Of a stretch of 64,000 nt of DNA, positions 38,808 through 48,571 are shown one piece after another. The position numbers were made by a program, and so were the translations under genes. The stretch is from assembly GCA_965207075.1 (NCBI GenBank), contig CBDBLO010000002.1:928001-992000 (forward strand). The letters are read 5' to 3'. This DNA is from Nitrosopumilus sp. Lineage in GTDB: Archaea; Thermoproteota; Nitrososphaeria; Nitrososphaerales; Nitrosopumilaceae. The notes beneath the pieces were generated by a model that saw only the letters and a list, made by a program, of their open reading frames with translations, made no database searches and was not told where the DNA came from. The first letter of the stretch is position 1; every line of letters begins with the position of its first letter.

Positions 38808-39227
38808 CTAGTGTGGTGGGGCTGCAGTTTTTTCAAACGTTATCTGGGAGTTGTATTTCTGGCGCAGCTGCTCGTACGTCCTCTCCCTCCACGGGATCAC
38901 GCATCCGGACTCGTCGTACATCCTTGTAAAGAACGCGGCAAGCACACGCTCGCCTGACTCGTCGTAGAACCTTACGCTGAAGCTGATCCGCTCGGGCTTC
39001 TGCTCCCGCACGAACTCTGCGCGCGATACGTGCTCGGGGTTGACGTGTAGGTGGGCCGGATCGTCGTTGCTGCCCAGCGTTATCCACCCGCCGACGCCCG
39101 TCTCGGACTGCTGCCTGATTTTGAGCGCGTTGCTCTTTATCTCTGCAGTCGCCCCGCCGCTCTTGACTATGAGTAGCACCTCGTCGACCTTGGCAATGTC
39201 TGCCAGCAGGTTGTAGAGTCTGGCCAT
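38808..39227 (-). CDS. HutX/ChuX-like heme-utilisation carrier protein
   Basis: LLIVKSGGATAEI...HLHV...AEFV...SFSVRFYDESGERVL pattern. Confidence 0.7.
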   Translation of the reverse strand: MARLYNLLADIAKVDEVLLIVKSGGATAEIKSNALKIRQQSETGVGGWITLGSNDDPAHLHVNPEHVSRAEFVREQKPERISFSVRFYDESGERVLAAFFTRMYDESGCVIPWRERTYEQLRQKYNSQITFEKTAAPPH

Positions 39228-39270
39228 GTTGCTGCATGGCGGGCGTGCAAATATTTCTGTTTCCCGCCGC

Positions 39271-39591
39271 TCAGTCGCAGTGCGCGTCACCGCTGCCCGT
39301 CTGGCGCCCGCCCGCTGCTCCCTGCCCGCCTATCTGCACAAGCTCGTCGGGGTCGGCCCGTATGCAGTCGGTGCCTACGGACTTTACGGATGCAAACCCG
39401 ATCGTGCCGCGGGCAACCTTGCCGCCGTCCTGAAGCCTCTGGACCTCCCCCCGCACGTCCCGCTTGTGCCTGCTGCATGTTACCCCCAGCATGTACTCGC
39501 CCCCGTCGTCACTTGTTATCGAGATGATGAACTCTGGCGGGTTTGGGCACTGTCTTCCACCCTGTTTTATGGAGCACCTGTTGGGAAGCAT
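39271..39591 (-). CDS. Conserved hypothetical protein with Cys/His motifs
   Basis: MLPNRCS...CPNPPEF...GVTCSRH...VGTDCIR; TTAATA upstream. Confidence 0.78.
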   Translation of the reverse strand: MLPNRCSIKQGGRQCPNPPEFIISITSDDGGEYMLGVTCSRHKRDVRGEVQRLQDGGKVARGTIGFASVKSVGTDCIRADPDELVQIGGQGAAGGRQTGSGDAHCD

Positions 39592-39894
39592 GACGCGTGC
39601 GGGCTTGAGTCGGATATTAACCTTGGCGGTATCGGGGTACGGGAAGGCCCCTTGAAAGTTCGTGCCCGCCGGACTTTATTTTTCAGATTTCAGACCGGGG
39701 GCTAGAATCCCTACGGTTTGGGGCGCGGGCCCCCGTGCGGGGGTCTCATTTTGCACAAAATCCGCGCCCCGTCCTGGCCGTGCGTGAACTCGCCCGGTCT
39801 GGATGACGCCGCCCTCCGGGCCGGCGCGCCCCGCGAGCCTTGCTGCTGCACAAATGGCGGAACGTCGCGCTTTTTACCATGCATGGGGCATGCC

Positions 39895-41310
39895 ATGATG
39901 ACTGCAATGCCGGAGACGTTTGATATCGCCATAGTAGGAGGGGGGATTCTGGGCACCTCGCTGTCGTACTTTCTGTCGGCCCTGGGTTCTGCCGGCCGCG
40001 TGGCTGTAATCGAGCAGGCCCCCCGCGTGGCGTTTCACACCAGCGGCAGGAACACTGGCGAGGTGCACGCCCCCTACCTGTACGACCCGCGCAAAAAGAG
40101 GCTTTTTGCAAAGGCCGCATTCCATGGGTACGACATGTGGGAGGAGTACTCCAAGATGAAGGGGCTGCCCTTCAAGAGGGGTGGCGTGGTGGAGGTGGCC
40201 TCGGATGAGAAGGACATTGCCATGCTTGAAAAGTACATGCGCTGGGGGGTTGAAAACGGACTGCGCGAGGGCTCGGACATACGGATGGTGTCCGGCGGCG
40301 ACCTCAGGAAGGTGGAGCCGGAGGTCAGGTGCAAGGCGGCGCTCGTGGTGCGACGCGAGGGCTCGGTAGACTATGCAGTCCTCACGGGTTCGCTCATGGA
40401 GGACAGCGCGTCATACGGCACCGCGTTTCTTTTGGGCGCACGCGCGGTCCGTATCGACAGGACCCGCGACGGCTGGAGCGTACTTGTCGCCGACGCGGAT
40501 CGAGGTGGCCGGCGCGGCGCGGGCAGTCACACAGCTGGCATGGACACCACCACCACCACTTCACAGAGCCGTGAGATACGGTGCAGGTTTCTGATAAATG
40601 CTGCCGGCGGGGAATCCGTCGACGTCGCGCACAGAACCGGGCTTGCCGAGAACCTGACTGACGTTCACTTTAGGGGCGAGTACTGGAGGGCCCCGCCCGA
40701 ATACTCCGACCTGACCCGTACCAGCATATACTCTGTTCCGGAATTTCCCGAGTATCCGTTCCTGGATCCCCACTGGATAGTCAGGGTCGACGGGAGCTGC
40801 GAGGTCGGCCCTAACGCGGTGCCGGTTTTCAGCCCTTATGGGTACGACCGCGCCGAGAACATCAGGACGTTTCTGCCAAAGACGCTTGAACTGCTCGGTT
40901 CCGGCGCGGCCAAGGCCGCGCTTGACCGAAGGCTCCAGAGCCTCGTGCTCAACGAGATGCACTCCTCCCTCTCAAAACCCGCCATGATACGCAGGGTCAA
41001 AAAGTTCCTGCCGCGCATAGATCCTGGAAAGTTTACGAAGAAGGGGGTGGCCGGCATCAGATCGTCTGTAATAGGTTCGGACGGGCGGTTCGTCCCGGAC
41101 GTCATTATGATAAGCGACAAGTCGGAGCAGTCGCTCCACATACTGAACTACAACTCGCCCGGCGCGACTGGCGTCCTGCCTTTTTCGGTCCATATCGTGG
41201 AGAGGCTGCAGCGCGCAGGGGTGGTCGGCGTGCCGGACCGGCGCGTGCAATGCGGCCCTTGGAAGTTTGAAGACGTTGCCGAAAAGCTCTGCGACGGCCG
41301 TGACGTGTGA
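39895..41310 (+). CDS. FAD-dependent oxidoreductase (LhgO/L-2-hydroxyglutarate oxidase-like)
   Basis: IVGGGILG, HTSGRNTG, FRGEY, GPNA, AGIRS and SPGAT. Confidence 0.88.
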   Translation: MMTAMPETFDIAIVGGGILGTSLSYFLSALGSAGRVAVIEQAPRVAFHTSGRNTGEVHAPYLYDPRKKRLFAKAAFHGYDMWEEYSKMKGLPFKRGGVVEVASDEKDIAMLEKYMRWGVENGLREGSDIRMVSGGDLRKVEPEVRCKAALVVRREGSVDYAVLTGSLMEDSASYGTAFLLGARAVRIDRTRDGWSVLVADADRGGRRGAGSHTAGMDTTTTTSQSREIRCRFLINAAGGESVDVAHRTGLAENLTDVHFRGEYWRAPPEYSDLTRTSIYSVPEFPEYPFLDPHWIVRVDGSCEVGPNAVPVFSPYGYDRAENIRTFLPKTLELLGSGAAKAALDRRLQSLVLNEMHSSLSKPAMIRRVKKFLPRIDPGKFTKKGVAGIRSSVIGSDGRFVPDVIMISDKSEQSLHILNYNSPGATGVLPFSVHIVERLQRAGVVGVPDRRVQCGPWKFEDVAEKLCDGRDV

Positions 41311-41454
41311 CTGGTAATGGCGGCCGCCCTGCCTGACTCCCTCCTGGGCCGCCCTGTTGCGGCATGGCGGCATGCCTGCGGCGCGTGAGCGGCATAACCG
41401 CGGCGCGGCAGCGGCCGTGACGACTGCCGTAGAATGATCATATGGTGGCTATAA

Positions 41455-41555
41455 TGGCGCCGGGAGGGAGATTTGAACTCCCGTTCCCTTGCGAGAACGC
41501 GCTTTATGGTGGTTGATTTCCAGGCGCGCGCCCTACCAGGCTAGGCGACCCCGGC
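41455..41555 (-). tRNA. tRNA-Ser(GGA) with 14-nt intron at 37/38 (41504-41517), CCA encoded
   Basis: GCCGGGG acceptor, CGCGC-CT-GGA-A|intron|A-GCGCG, long variable arm, GTTCAAATC T loop, G73, CCA. Confidence 0.93.
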
Positions 41556-41641
41556 ACTACGTCACCTCGGGTCTTGTCTGATTATATGTCTACGGACGGT
41601 GCAGTCTGAGCCCGTGCCGCATGCGCAAGGCCGTCTGACTG

Positions 41642-42283
41642 TCACCGGATGGTAATGGTGGCGTGATCCTTTACGGGCGCTACGTCTGCCGGCTGCCGCA
41701 CGTCGTCCCCTGTGGCCACCTCGCCCAGCATGTGATCCGCGTCTTGCTCCGCATCGTGCCCCGGGGCGCCAGGGGGGGCCGAGTCAATCCGGCCTGCGTC
41801 TGACGCGTACGCGTACGCGTTCACCTTGTAGAGGCCGGGCTGGGCCGTCTCCCCATCCTGCCTTGTCTGGTCCCACGACATGACTATCTTTTGGCCCGGC
41901 ATCAGCGTTCCTGCAATGCCTCGGAAGGGTGCGCCCTCTGAACTTGGGATCGCGCCGGCCGCGTCCGCAGGAATTGGGCCGGGCGCGGCGTCCTGCGCCG
42001 TAAGCGCGTATATTGTAATTCCGGACAGGCCCGTGATGGTCGCGCCATACGCGCCGTCTTCTGAGTGCAGCGGGACGGTTCCGGTATTCACTATGCTGAA
42101 CGTCACCGTCTCGCCCGGCTCGAATATCGATTTTGCGGGGGCTATTGATATGGAGGGGCCTTCTACCGCGGATGGCATCGGGCCGAGATGCCCGTTCCTC
42201 ACGTCAAGCAGGTATGCCCCAAACACGAGCCCAGATACGACGCCTATTGCGACAAACCCGAGCAGGCTCTTTGTCGTCGCCAT
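41642..42283 (-). CDS. Membrane-anchored hypothetical protein, probable Ig-like beta-sandwich
   Basis: N-terminal TM; PGETVTFSIVNTG, LMPGQ..WDQ and PGLYKV. Confidence 0.75.
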   Translation of the reverse strand: MATTKSLLGFVAIGVVSGLVFGAYLLDVRNGHLGPMPSAVEGPSISIAPAKSIFEPGETVTFSIVNTGTVPLHSEDGAYGATITGLSGITIYALTAQDAAPGPIPADAAGAIPSSEGAPFRGIAGTLMPGQKIVMSWDQTRQDGETAQPGLYKVNAYAYASDAGRIDSAPPGAPGHDAEQDADHMLGEVATGDDVRQPADVAPVKDHATITIR

Positions 42284-42314
42284 GCGTCAGCCTCCCTTCC
42301 TCCATTGCATCCTA

Positions 42315-43400
42315 TCACCCCGCATGCTGTCGCGCGGCGTCTCCTGTCGCGGCGTCTCCGTCACCATCCCGCTTGGGCCTTGTCCTCCATCTCTTCGGAT
42401 ACGTGCCCGGCGCCATGATTATCCTCCTGGTCTCAAACGCATGGCCCTTTGCGGCCTCTGAAATCTCGTCGGCCGACATGCCGGCCTCGGCCAAGGCCAC
42501 TGCCTCGCCCTTCTGCGTATAGATGGCGGCAATCTCGCCCTTTCTGAGGCTCGGGTGCACCTTTAGTATGCCCGGTATGGCAAGCTGGGCCCCGTGGCAC
42601 ATCGCATCCACCGCCGCGTCTCCTATGACCACCGACTTTATCTCACTGAGGGCGTCCTCGACGGGCCTGATCATGGAGTGCAGCATGGCGCCGTCGCCCT
42701 CCTCTGTCCATCTGGCATACGCGTCTGCAAGCTCGTGCATCGTGACAAGGCCGTCCGCCTCGTGGAACTGGTTGACCCTCGTGCGCCGCAGCTCGATCAT
42801 CGTGGCGCCCGGGCCGAGTATCTCGCCCATGTCATAGTACAGCTTTCTGATGTAGGTGCCCGCCTCGCACAGTATGCGGGTCAAGAGCAGCCGCTCCCTC
42901 TGCTCTAGCAGCTCAAACTCGTATATTGTGCGGGTCCTTGTCTGGCGGAGCACGGCCGAGCGCTGCGGGGGCTTTTGGTATATCTGGCCCCGCAGCATTC
43001 CCATGACCCTGTCTATCTCCTCGCTCTTTGCAAGCGAGTGTATGCGGCCCAGCGCGTGGTACTCTTTTGGGCCCAGCAGCAGCACCCCGAGGGCCTTTGT
43101 GGCCTCGCCCAGCCCCAGGGGCAGCACCCCGGATACTTGGGGGTCGAGCGTCCCGCTGTGGCCTATCTTTGGTATGTTCAGTATGCGCTTTGCCCACGCC
43201 ACTGCCTCGTGGCTCGTGGGACCTGGCGGCTTGTCAAGTATTATCAGGCCGTACCTGAGGAGCTGCTCTATGCTCCTCTCGCCATAGTACGTGCCGTGCG
43301 CGTCGTCGGTGGGATCCTTGCTTATCTCCACAAGTCCGTCAAGCTGCTTTGGCAGCCGGTGCCGTCCGTTGCTGTCTTGCGGATCTGGCTTTTGCGACAT
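42315..43400 (-). CDS. cbf5: H/ACA RNA-guided pseudouridine synthase Cbf5
   Basis: DKPPGPTSHE, GHSGTLDP, QKPP, CEAGTYIR and PUA domain. Confidence 0.96.
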   Translation of the reverse strand: MSQKPDPQDSNGRHRLPKQLDGLVEISKDPTDDAHGTYYGERSIEQLLRYGLIILDKPPGPTSHEAVAWAKRILNIPKIGHSGTLDPQVSGVLPLGLGEATKALGVLLLGPKEYHALGRIHSLAKSEEIDRVMGMLRGQIYQKPPQRSAVLRQTRTRTIYEFELLEQRERLLLTRILCEAGTYIRKLYYDMGEILGPGATMIELRRTRVNQFHEADGLVTMHELADAYARWTEEGDGAMLHSMIRPVEDALSEIKSVVIGDAAVDAMCHGAQLAIPGILKVHPSLRKGEIAAIYTQKGEAVALAEAGMSADEISEAAKGHAFETRRIIMAPGTYPKRWRTRPKRDGDGDAATGDAARQHAG

Positions 43401-43527
43401 CGTGACTGGCCCACCCCCTCTTTTTTATAACTGCAGTACGGGGGACGCGCCTGCGGCCCCCGTCGCCGTACGCACTGCATATGCCGCGCGGCCCGCCATC
43501 GCAACCGCTGCCGTCCCCTGTTCCATG

Positions 43528-44136
43528 CTATGACGTCACTCCGTCCCGGATTGCATTCCTTGCGGCCTCTACCACCTGCTCTGCTGAAAGGCCGTCAGTC
43601 TTTATTATGTGGTCGAACACCGAGGCGTCGCCCCCAAAGTCAAATCCGTATATCTCCATGTACAGGCGGCGGTTCTTGTCGTACCTCTCGCGGGTGATCT
43701 CGTAGGCCTGCTGCGCTGAGACCGAGTCCCTGTTCTGCATGCGTTCGGTGCTGCTGGTGTGCGAGCCGTCAAGCCATACCTTTATCCCCGTGCCCGGGGC
43801 CACGAGCCAGGGCAGGGTGTAGCTGGTCACCACGATGCCGCCCCGTTCAAACATCCCCCTTAGCCGCTCGTCAAGCCTGCGATCAAAGTCGTGGTTCTGT
43901 TCGCGCTCGCGCAGGAACTTCATTCCGTCCTCCGTGTCCCACCAGTCGTCGCCTGCCGTGTCATAACCGAGATCGGAGGCCATCTCCTTGAGGACGTCGC
44001 CGCCGCTGACGTATGACATGGACATCTCCGCGGCCAGGGCCTTTGCAAGCGTGGTCTTTCCGACTGCGGGCGGGCCCGACACCACTATGGACGGCCCCGT
44101 GCCTCCTGCCTTTGCGCCGTTGTCTGTTCCAGTCAA
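43528..44136 (-). CDS. cmk: Cytidylate kinase
   Basis: GPPAVGKTT P-loop; position in the secY-adk-cmk block. Confidence 0.9.
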   Translation of the reverse strand: MTGTDNGAKAGGTGPSIVVSGPPAVGKTTLAKALAAEMSMSYVSGGDVLKEMASDLGYDTAGDDWWDTEDGMKFLREREQNHDFDRRLDERLRGMFERGGIVVTSYTLPWLVAPGTGIKVWLDGSHTSSTERMQNRDSVSAQQAYEITRERYDKNRRLYMEIYGFDFGGDASVFDHIIKTDGLSAEQVVEAARNAIRDGVTS

Positions 44137-44867
44137 CTGAGATCCATTGATGTCCTTGTCATCTTCATTATGATTCCGCTAAACGCAATGGAGGACAAAA
44201 AGTACCACGCCCACAGGAATATGGCGTTCTCCTCGGTGCATACATGCTCGGGGTCCGCTGCCTGCTCTGCCGTACACGTGAGCTGGAACATCTCCCCCGG
44301 TATGACGTTGAGCGGGATGGGCGACACGGCGACCGTATATGAGAAGAGCCATGGCAGCACGAAGTAGAATATCAGTATGAGCGGCACGAACGTGATCAGC
44401 ATGGGCCTCATGTTCATCTGCATCAGCTCCATTGACATCTTGTTCATGTATGCGGACTTTTTGTTGAGCTCGCTGAGCCTTGCGTCGTCCTTTGTGCGCG
44501 CCGCCCTCAGCTTTTCCTTCTGCCAGGCGCGCGTCTCCTTCATCATCCTCTTGAGCTTTATCTGGTCCACCATCTTCTTGCGTATTCCGGCGTTGAATAT
44601 GTTGAGCAGTATTCCGAATCCGGCCACTGCAAACATCGACAGTATCCACCCCTTTACGACCGGGTCGTCGCTTCCGAGCGCCCCCCTCTCGGCCCCGAGA
44701 AAGTCAAACTGCAGCGCGGCCGCGTCAAGCATGCCGCCGGGCAGCAGCGTGTGCGCGCTTTGCACCAGTGTTGCCATCCACACCACCGCCGCGGAGTACG
44801 CGTGACCCTGCACCGGAGCGGACTCTACTGCCGATGCCGCTGCCGCCGCCACAACCTCGATCACCAT
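44133..44867 (-). CDS. EMC3/TMCO1 (DUF106, Oxa1 superfamily) membrane insertase
   Basis: TM, coiled coil, MRPMLITFVP, WAWYFLSS. Confidence 0.88.
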   Translation of the reverse strand: MVIEVVAAAAASAVESAPVQGHAYSAAVVWMATLVQSAHTLLPGGMLDAAALQFDFLGAERGALGSDDPVVKGWILSMFAVAGFGILLNIFNAGIRKKMVDQIKLKRMMKETRAWQKEKLRAARTKDDARLSELNKKSAYMNKMSMELMQMNMRPMLITFVPLILIFYFVLPWLFSYTVAVSPIPLNVIPGEMFQLTCTAEQAADPEHVCTEENAIFLWAWYFLSSIAFSGIIMKMTRTSMDLS

Positions 44868-44872
44868 GCCCC

Positions 44873-45451
44873 TCACAGCTCCATGGATCTTATTATCTTG
44901 TCTGCCGCCTCGTCGATCCTGCCCTCGCCGTTTAGGATCTGCTTTATGGGCGAGCCCGTTATGACAGAGCACGCCGACATCATGCCGGACTGGACCGCGA
45001 GCTCCTTTTTGATGTCGAGTATGTTTACCTTGTCCCTCTTTCTCGTCATGTCGCTGACCCTCCTGCTGAATATCTCCTCAGGCCTTGCCGTAACCGAGAC
45101 AAAGTTGGTGGGCTTTATTATCTCAAGCACGTGGGCCGGCAGTCCCGGATAGTACCCTTCCGGCGACCTGACAAAGGCGTGCGTGTCTATTATCACGATC
45201 TGCTCGCTGCGCCCGGCTATCCTGGACGCCGCCGCCTTTTGGAGCTCCTTTTGCTCTGAGATGGGGAGGCTTCGCAGCTGGTCCCTGTCCTCGACGCCGT
45301 TCTCCTTGGCGATGTCGAACATCGTGGTGCCAAAGCTGATTACGGTGACGCTCCTGTGCTTGGAGCCGAGTATCTCCAGCATCTTTGCCAGGAGCGAGGT
45401 CTTTCCCACGCCGGGTATCCCTACCACGACGATCCTCTTATTTTCTGCCAA
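44873..45451 (-). CDS. adkA: Archaeal adenylate kinase
   Basis: GIPGVGKT, RDQLR, IDTH and YPGLP. Confidence 0.95.
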   Translation of the reverse strand: MAENKRIVVVGIPGVGKTSLLAKMLEILGSKHRSVTVISFGTTMFDIAKENGVEDRDQLRSLPISEQKELQKAAASRIAGRSEQIVIIDTHAFVRSPEGYYPGLPAHVLEIIKPTNFVSVTARPEEIFSRRVSDMTRKRDKVNILDIKKELAVQSGMMSACSVITGSPIKQILNGEGRIDEAADKIIRSMEL

Positions 45452-46874
45452 GTAGAGCCCCCAGACGCGGCATGACGACCTCGACCTGCTCCCTTACGAG
45501 CTGCGTATAGTAGTTTATCAGGATGTCGACCATCAGCAGTATTCCGATGCCTGATCCGAACACGCCCAGGACGTCCGAGACGCCTGCGAGGAGCCCCAGT
45601 ATGATGGAGCCTATTATGGTAACCGAGGGGATGTACTTGTTGAGGAGGGCCTCGACTGGCTTGTTTGAGCGGCGGAATCCGGGAATCTGGACGTCGGCGT
45701 CAAGCAGGTTCTGCGCCGCGCTCTTCGGCGAGAGCCCGCCCAGCTCCACCCAGAGCTTGCCGAACACCACCACTATGCCTATCATGAACAGCACGTATCC
45801 GACCGCCCTCGTGGGGTCGAGCGCCGCAATCTCAAGCCCCCTTGGCGGCGTGACGTAGTATATGAGGCCGCCTATCGGCGTGGACGGGTTGGTGGGATCG
45901 TACTGCGCCACTAGGTTCATGAATATGTTGTTGTTCCTCGGGTTGAAGTTTGCCCACAGCATCTGGAACACGAACACGGCGTTTGCCGTGAGCGCGGAGG
46001 CCAGTATGACGGGTATGTTTGAGACGTACATCATCTTTATCGGGTATACTGCAGAGAACCCCCTGTATTTGGTGGAGACGATTGGGATCTCGATCTTCAT
46101 GCCCTGCGTGAATACGAGTATCAGCAGCACGCCGGCCGTCAGGCAGAGCCCGAATATGCTGGGCAGCTGCTGCGGCCTGAACAGTATGTTCGAGATGTCG
46201 CCGGCCACAAACGACTGGGCCATGTACGGGATTATCCCTATGGTGCCTCCGTCGCCTGCCGGCAGGGGGCTGAACATGCTCCAGAGTATCTGCTGCGCCA
46301 CCCCGGCCATTATGAACAGGCTGATGCCGCTTCCTATCCCCCACCCCTTCTGTATCAGCTCGTCGAGAAACATGATTATTATCGAGGCCGCCATGAGCTG
46401 CCCTATCATCACGTACATGACAGACGGGTCGGTCAGCGTGGGCCCGTAGACGGCTACCGCGTATACTATGGATTCGGCCACTATGATTATGTACGTTACA
46501 AGCTTCGTGGCCGTCTGGAACACGCCGCGCTCCTCCGGCTTCTTGAAGTCGAACTTTAGTATCTCCGAGCCGCGGAGCAGCTGCATGAGCAGCCCGGCCG
46601 TCACTATGGGCCCTATGCCGAGCTCGACAAGCGTGCCCTGCTGGGACGCGAATATGACCCTGGCAAACGCCAGAAAGTCGAACTCCGGCGTGGTGGCCCC
46701 GAACAGGGGGGTCTGCCCCATTACCATGTATATGAGCAGGGCTACGCCGCACCACAGGAGCCTGGTCTGCAGCGTGAGCTTCTTCTTGGGCTTTGGCACC
46801 TGCGGGATGTAGGGCTCTGCCCTGAATACGACGCGCCGCAGTATGGCAGTAAGGCTGCCGCTGCTCTCAGCCAT
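45438..46874 (-). CDS. secY: Protein translocase subunit SecY
   Basis: ELGIGPIVTA, GIGSGISLFI, SNIPVIL and IPGFR. Confidence 0.98.
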   Translation of the reverse strand: MAESSGSLTAILRRVVFRAEPYIPQVPKPKKKLTLQTRLLWCGVALLIYMVMGQTPLFGATTPEFDFLAFARVIFASQQGTLVELGIGPIVTAGLLMQLLRGSEILKFDFKKPEERGVFQTATKLVTYIIIVAESIVYAVAVYGPTLTDPSVMYVMIGQLMAASIIIMFLDELIQKGWGIGSGISLFIMAGVAQQILWSMFSPLPAGDGGTIGIIPYMAQSFVAGDISNILFRPQQLPSIFGLCLTAGVLLILVFTQGMKIEIPIVSTKYRGFSAVYPIKMMYVSNIPVILASALTANAVFVFQMLWANFNPRNNNIFMNLVAQYDPTNPSTPIGGLIYYVTPPRGLEIAALDPTRAVGYVLFMIGIVVVFGKLWVELGGLSPKSAAQNLLDADVQIPGFRRSNKPVEALLNKYIPSVTIIGSIILGLLAGVSDVLGVFGSGIGILLMVDILINYYTQLVREQVEVVMPRLGALLGRK

Positions 46875-47298
46875 CTGCGGGCAAAACCTCCCCGCCTGCT
46901 GCCCTTATCTTTTCTTCTGCCGAGGCCGTGAGTCTTGGGATCCTGACTGCGTACGCCGTGCTGGTCTTTCCGCCGCCGAGCAGCTTCTGATACCCTGCCG
47001 CCCCCAGGTCAAGCACGTTCTGTCCGGTCTTGTCGTCGCGGCTTCCGTGCCTGGCAAAGAGATCGTCTAGGTCGCGGACGGCCGCCCATTTCCTGGTGGT
47101 GTTCGGGTGGGGTGGCTTGGTGGCGCTGTGCCCGTAGTGGTCCGGCTCGTACTTGAGCATGCTGCTGTAGTGGTGCTTTAGCATGCCGGTCACGCCCAGT
47201 CCGCCCTGGTGCCCGCTTGCGCGGTGCTGGCCGACCTGGCCCCATCCCATGTGCCTGCCGCCTCTGAGCCTCCTGGTCTTTCTAAGCCTTGTCGCCAT
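46867..47298 (-). CDS. rpl15: 50S ribosomal protein L15
   Basis: RGGRHMGWG, KLLGGG and AEEKIRAAGG. Confidence 0.95.
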   Translation of the reverse strand: MATRLRKTRRLRGGRHMGWGQVGQHRASGHQGGLGVTGMLKHHYSSMLKYEPDHYGHSATKPPHPNTTRKWAAVRDLDDLFARHGSRDDKTGQNVLDLGAAGYQKLLGGGKTSTAYAVRIPRLTASAEEKIRAAGGEVLPADG

Positions 47299-47861
47299 CA
47301 CTCCGCCACCGCCATCATCCTGCGCACTATCTCGCCGAGCTCGTCGTTGCCGCCAAGCACTCCCTTTTGGCCCGCCAGCCTCTTGGTGCTGCGGCGGAAC
47401 CCGTGTTTGGGGGGCGCCAGTGCAAACCACGGCTTGAGGGGCTTTAGCTTTGAGAGCGCGGAACTCCCGCTTGAGAGGGACTCGGCCATCTGTTTCGTAT
47501 CGTCAAACCCGAGGCCCTTGACGTCCTCCTGCGTGATCCTGCGGTATCCGGACTTTCTTGCCTTCTTCTCTATGATCTCCTGGGCCAGCTCGGCATCGAG
47601 CCTGGTCCATGCAACATAGTGCTTTATCTTGCTGAGCATGCCAAGCGTGTTCTCCTTTGCCGGAAGTATGGTGGCCCTGTATTTGCGCTCTAGCTTTAGG
47701 AGAGACATCGTGTGCACGGCCCAGTACGGGACGTCTGCCTGGCCCTTTATCCTTACCACCAGGTACGCGCCGTTGCCGCCACTGTTGTTGTTCCTGTTAT
47801 TGCCGTTATTATTGTCGCCACCCTGTTCTTCTGTCGCCGCCGCCGCCGTGCCTTCACTCAC
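47298..47861 (-). CDS. rpl30: 50S ribosomal protein L30
   Basis: LVVRIKG, GML..KHYVAW and LAPPKHGF; Asn-rich N-terminal extension. Confidence 0.93.
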   Translation of the reverse strand: MSEGTAAAATEEQGGDNNNGNNRNNNSGGNGAYLVVRIKGQADVPYWAVHTMSLLKLERKYRATILPAKENTLGMLSKIKHYVAWTRLDAELAQEIIEKKARKSGYRRITQEDVKGLGFDDTKQMAESLSSGSSALSKLKPLKPWFALAPPKHGFRRSTKRLAGQKGVLGGNDELGEIVRRMMAVAE

Positions 47862-47880
47862 TGCATGTCATCCCCCTTGG

Positions 47881-48570
47881 TCAACCCTGGCTGAACGTCT
47901 GCCTGAGGCAGTCCAGTATGGCCTTTGACGTGGAGTTCATAGTCGGGGTGGAGCCCTTTGCGGTGGTCCACGCGTCCTTTAACCCCGCCAGCTCCAAGAG
48001 CCGCTTTATCTTGCCGCCTGCCACGAGCCCGAGCCCGCGGGGGGCCGGAATTATCTCCACTGTCACGCTTCCGCCCTTGCCCATTACGCGGAACGGCACG
48101 GAATGCTTCTGGTCGCACCTGCACTCCCAGCTGCCACATCCCATCTTTATCGGGTTGATGTTGAGATATGCCTGACTTGTGGCCTTTTCTATTGCTATCC
48201 TCATCTGCTTTGACTTGCCCTGCCCGATCCCGAGGTATCCGTCCTCGTTTCCTGCGGCCACTATGGCCTTGAATCTGGTGGACTGGCCGTTTGATGTCAT
48301 CTTTTGTATTATGCCCACGTCCACCACTTCTGTCTTCAAGTCCGGCAGCAGTTTTTTGACTATTCCCTCCTCCTGTATGCGCAGTCCCTGCTCTATGATG
48401 GACTCGAGCGTCGTAATCTCACCGGACGCCACCTTTTTGCCCAGGACTGTCTTTGGAATCCATACCTCCTCTTCGGCCTCCCTTCTGGGGCGTCTGGGGC
48501 GATCGCCTCCGGGACCCCTGCCATACCTTGGGGGCGGGCCTCTGGATTGCTGCTGCTGCTGCTGACTCAT
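47881..48570 (-). CDS. rps5: 30S ribosomal protein S5
   Basis: WIPKT.LG, GCGSWEC and PAPRGLGLVAG. Confidence 0.96.
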   Translation of the reverse strand: MSQQQQQQSRGPPPRYGRGPGGDRPRRPRREAEEEVWIPKTVLGKKVASGEITTLESIIEQGLRIQEEGIVKKLLPDLKTEVVDVGIIQKMTSNGQSTRFKAIVAAGNEDGYLGIGQGKSKQMRIAIEKATSQAYLNINPIKMGCGSWECRCDQKHSVPFRVMGKGGSVTVEIIPAPRGLGLVAGGKIKRLLELAGLKDAWTTAKGSTPTMNSTSKAILDCLRQTFSQG

Positions 48571-48571
48571 C

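Noticed and set aside
39665-39680. RNase P RNA (minus-strand AAAGTCCGG)
   Set aside because: No preceding GAGG and no matching 3' P4 strand.
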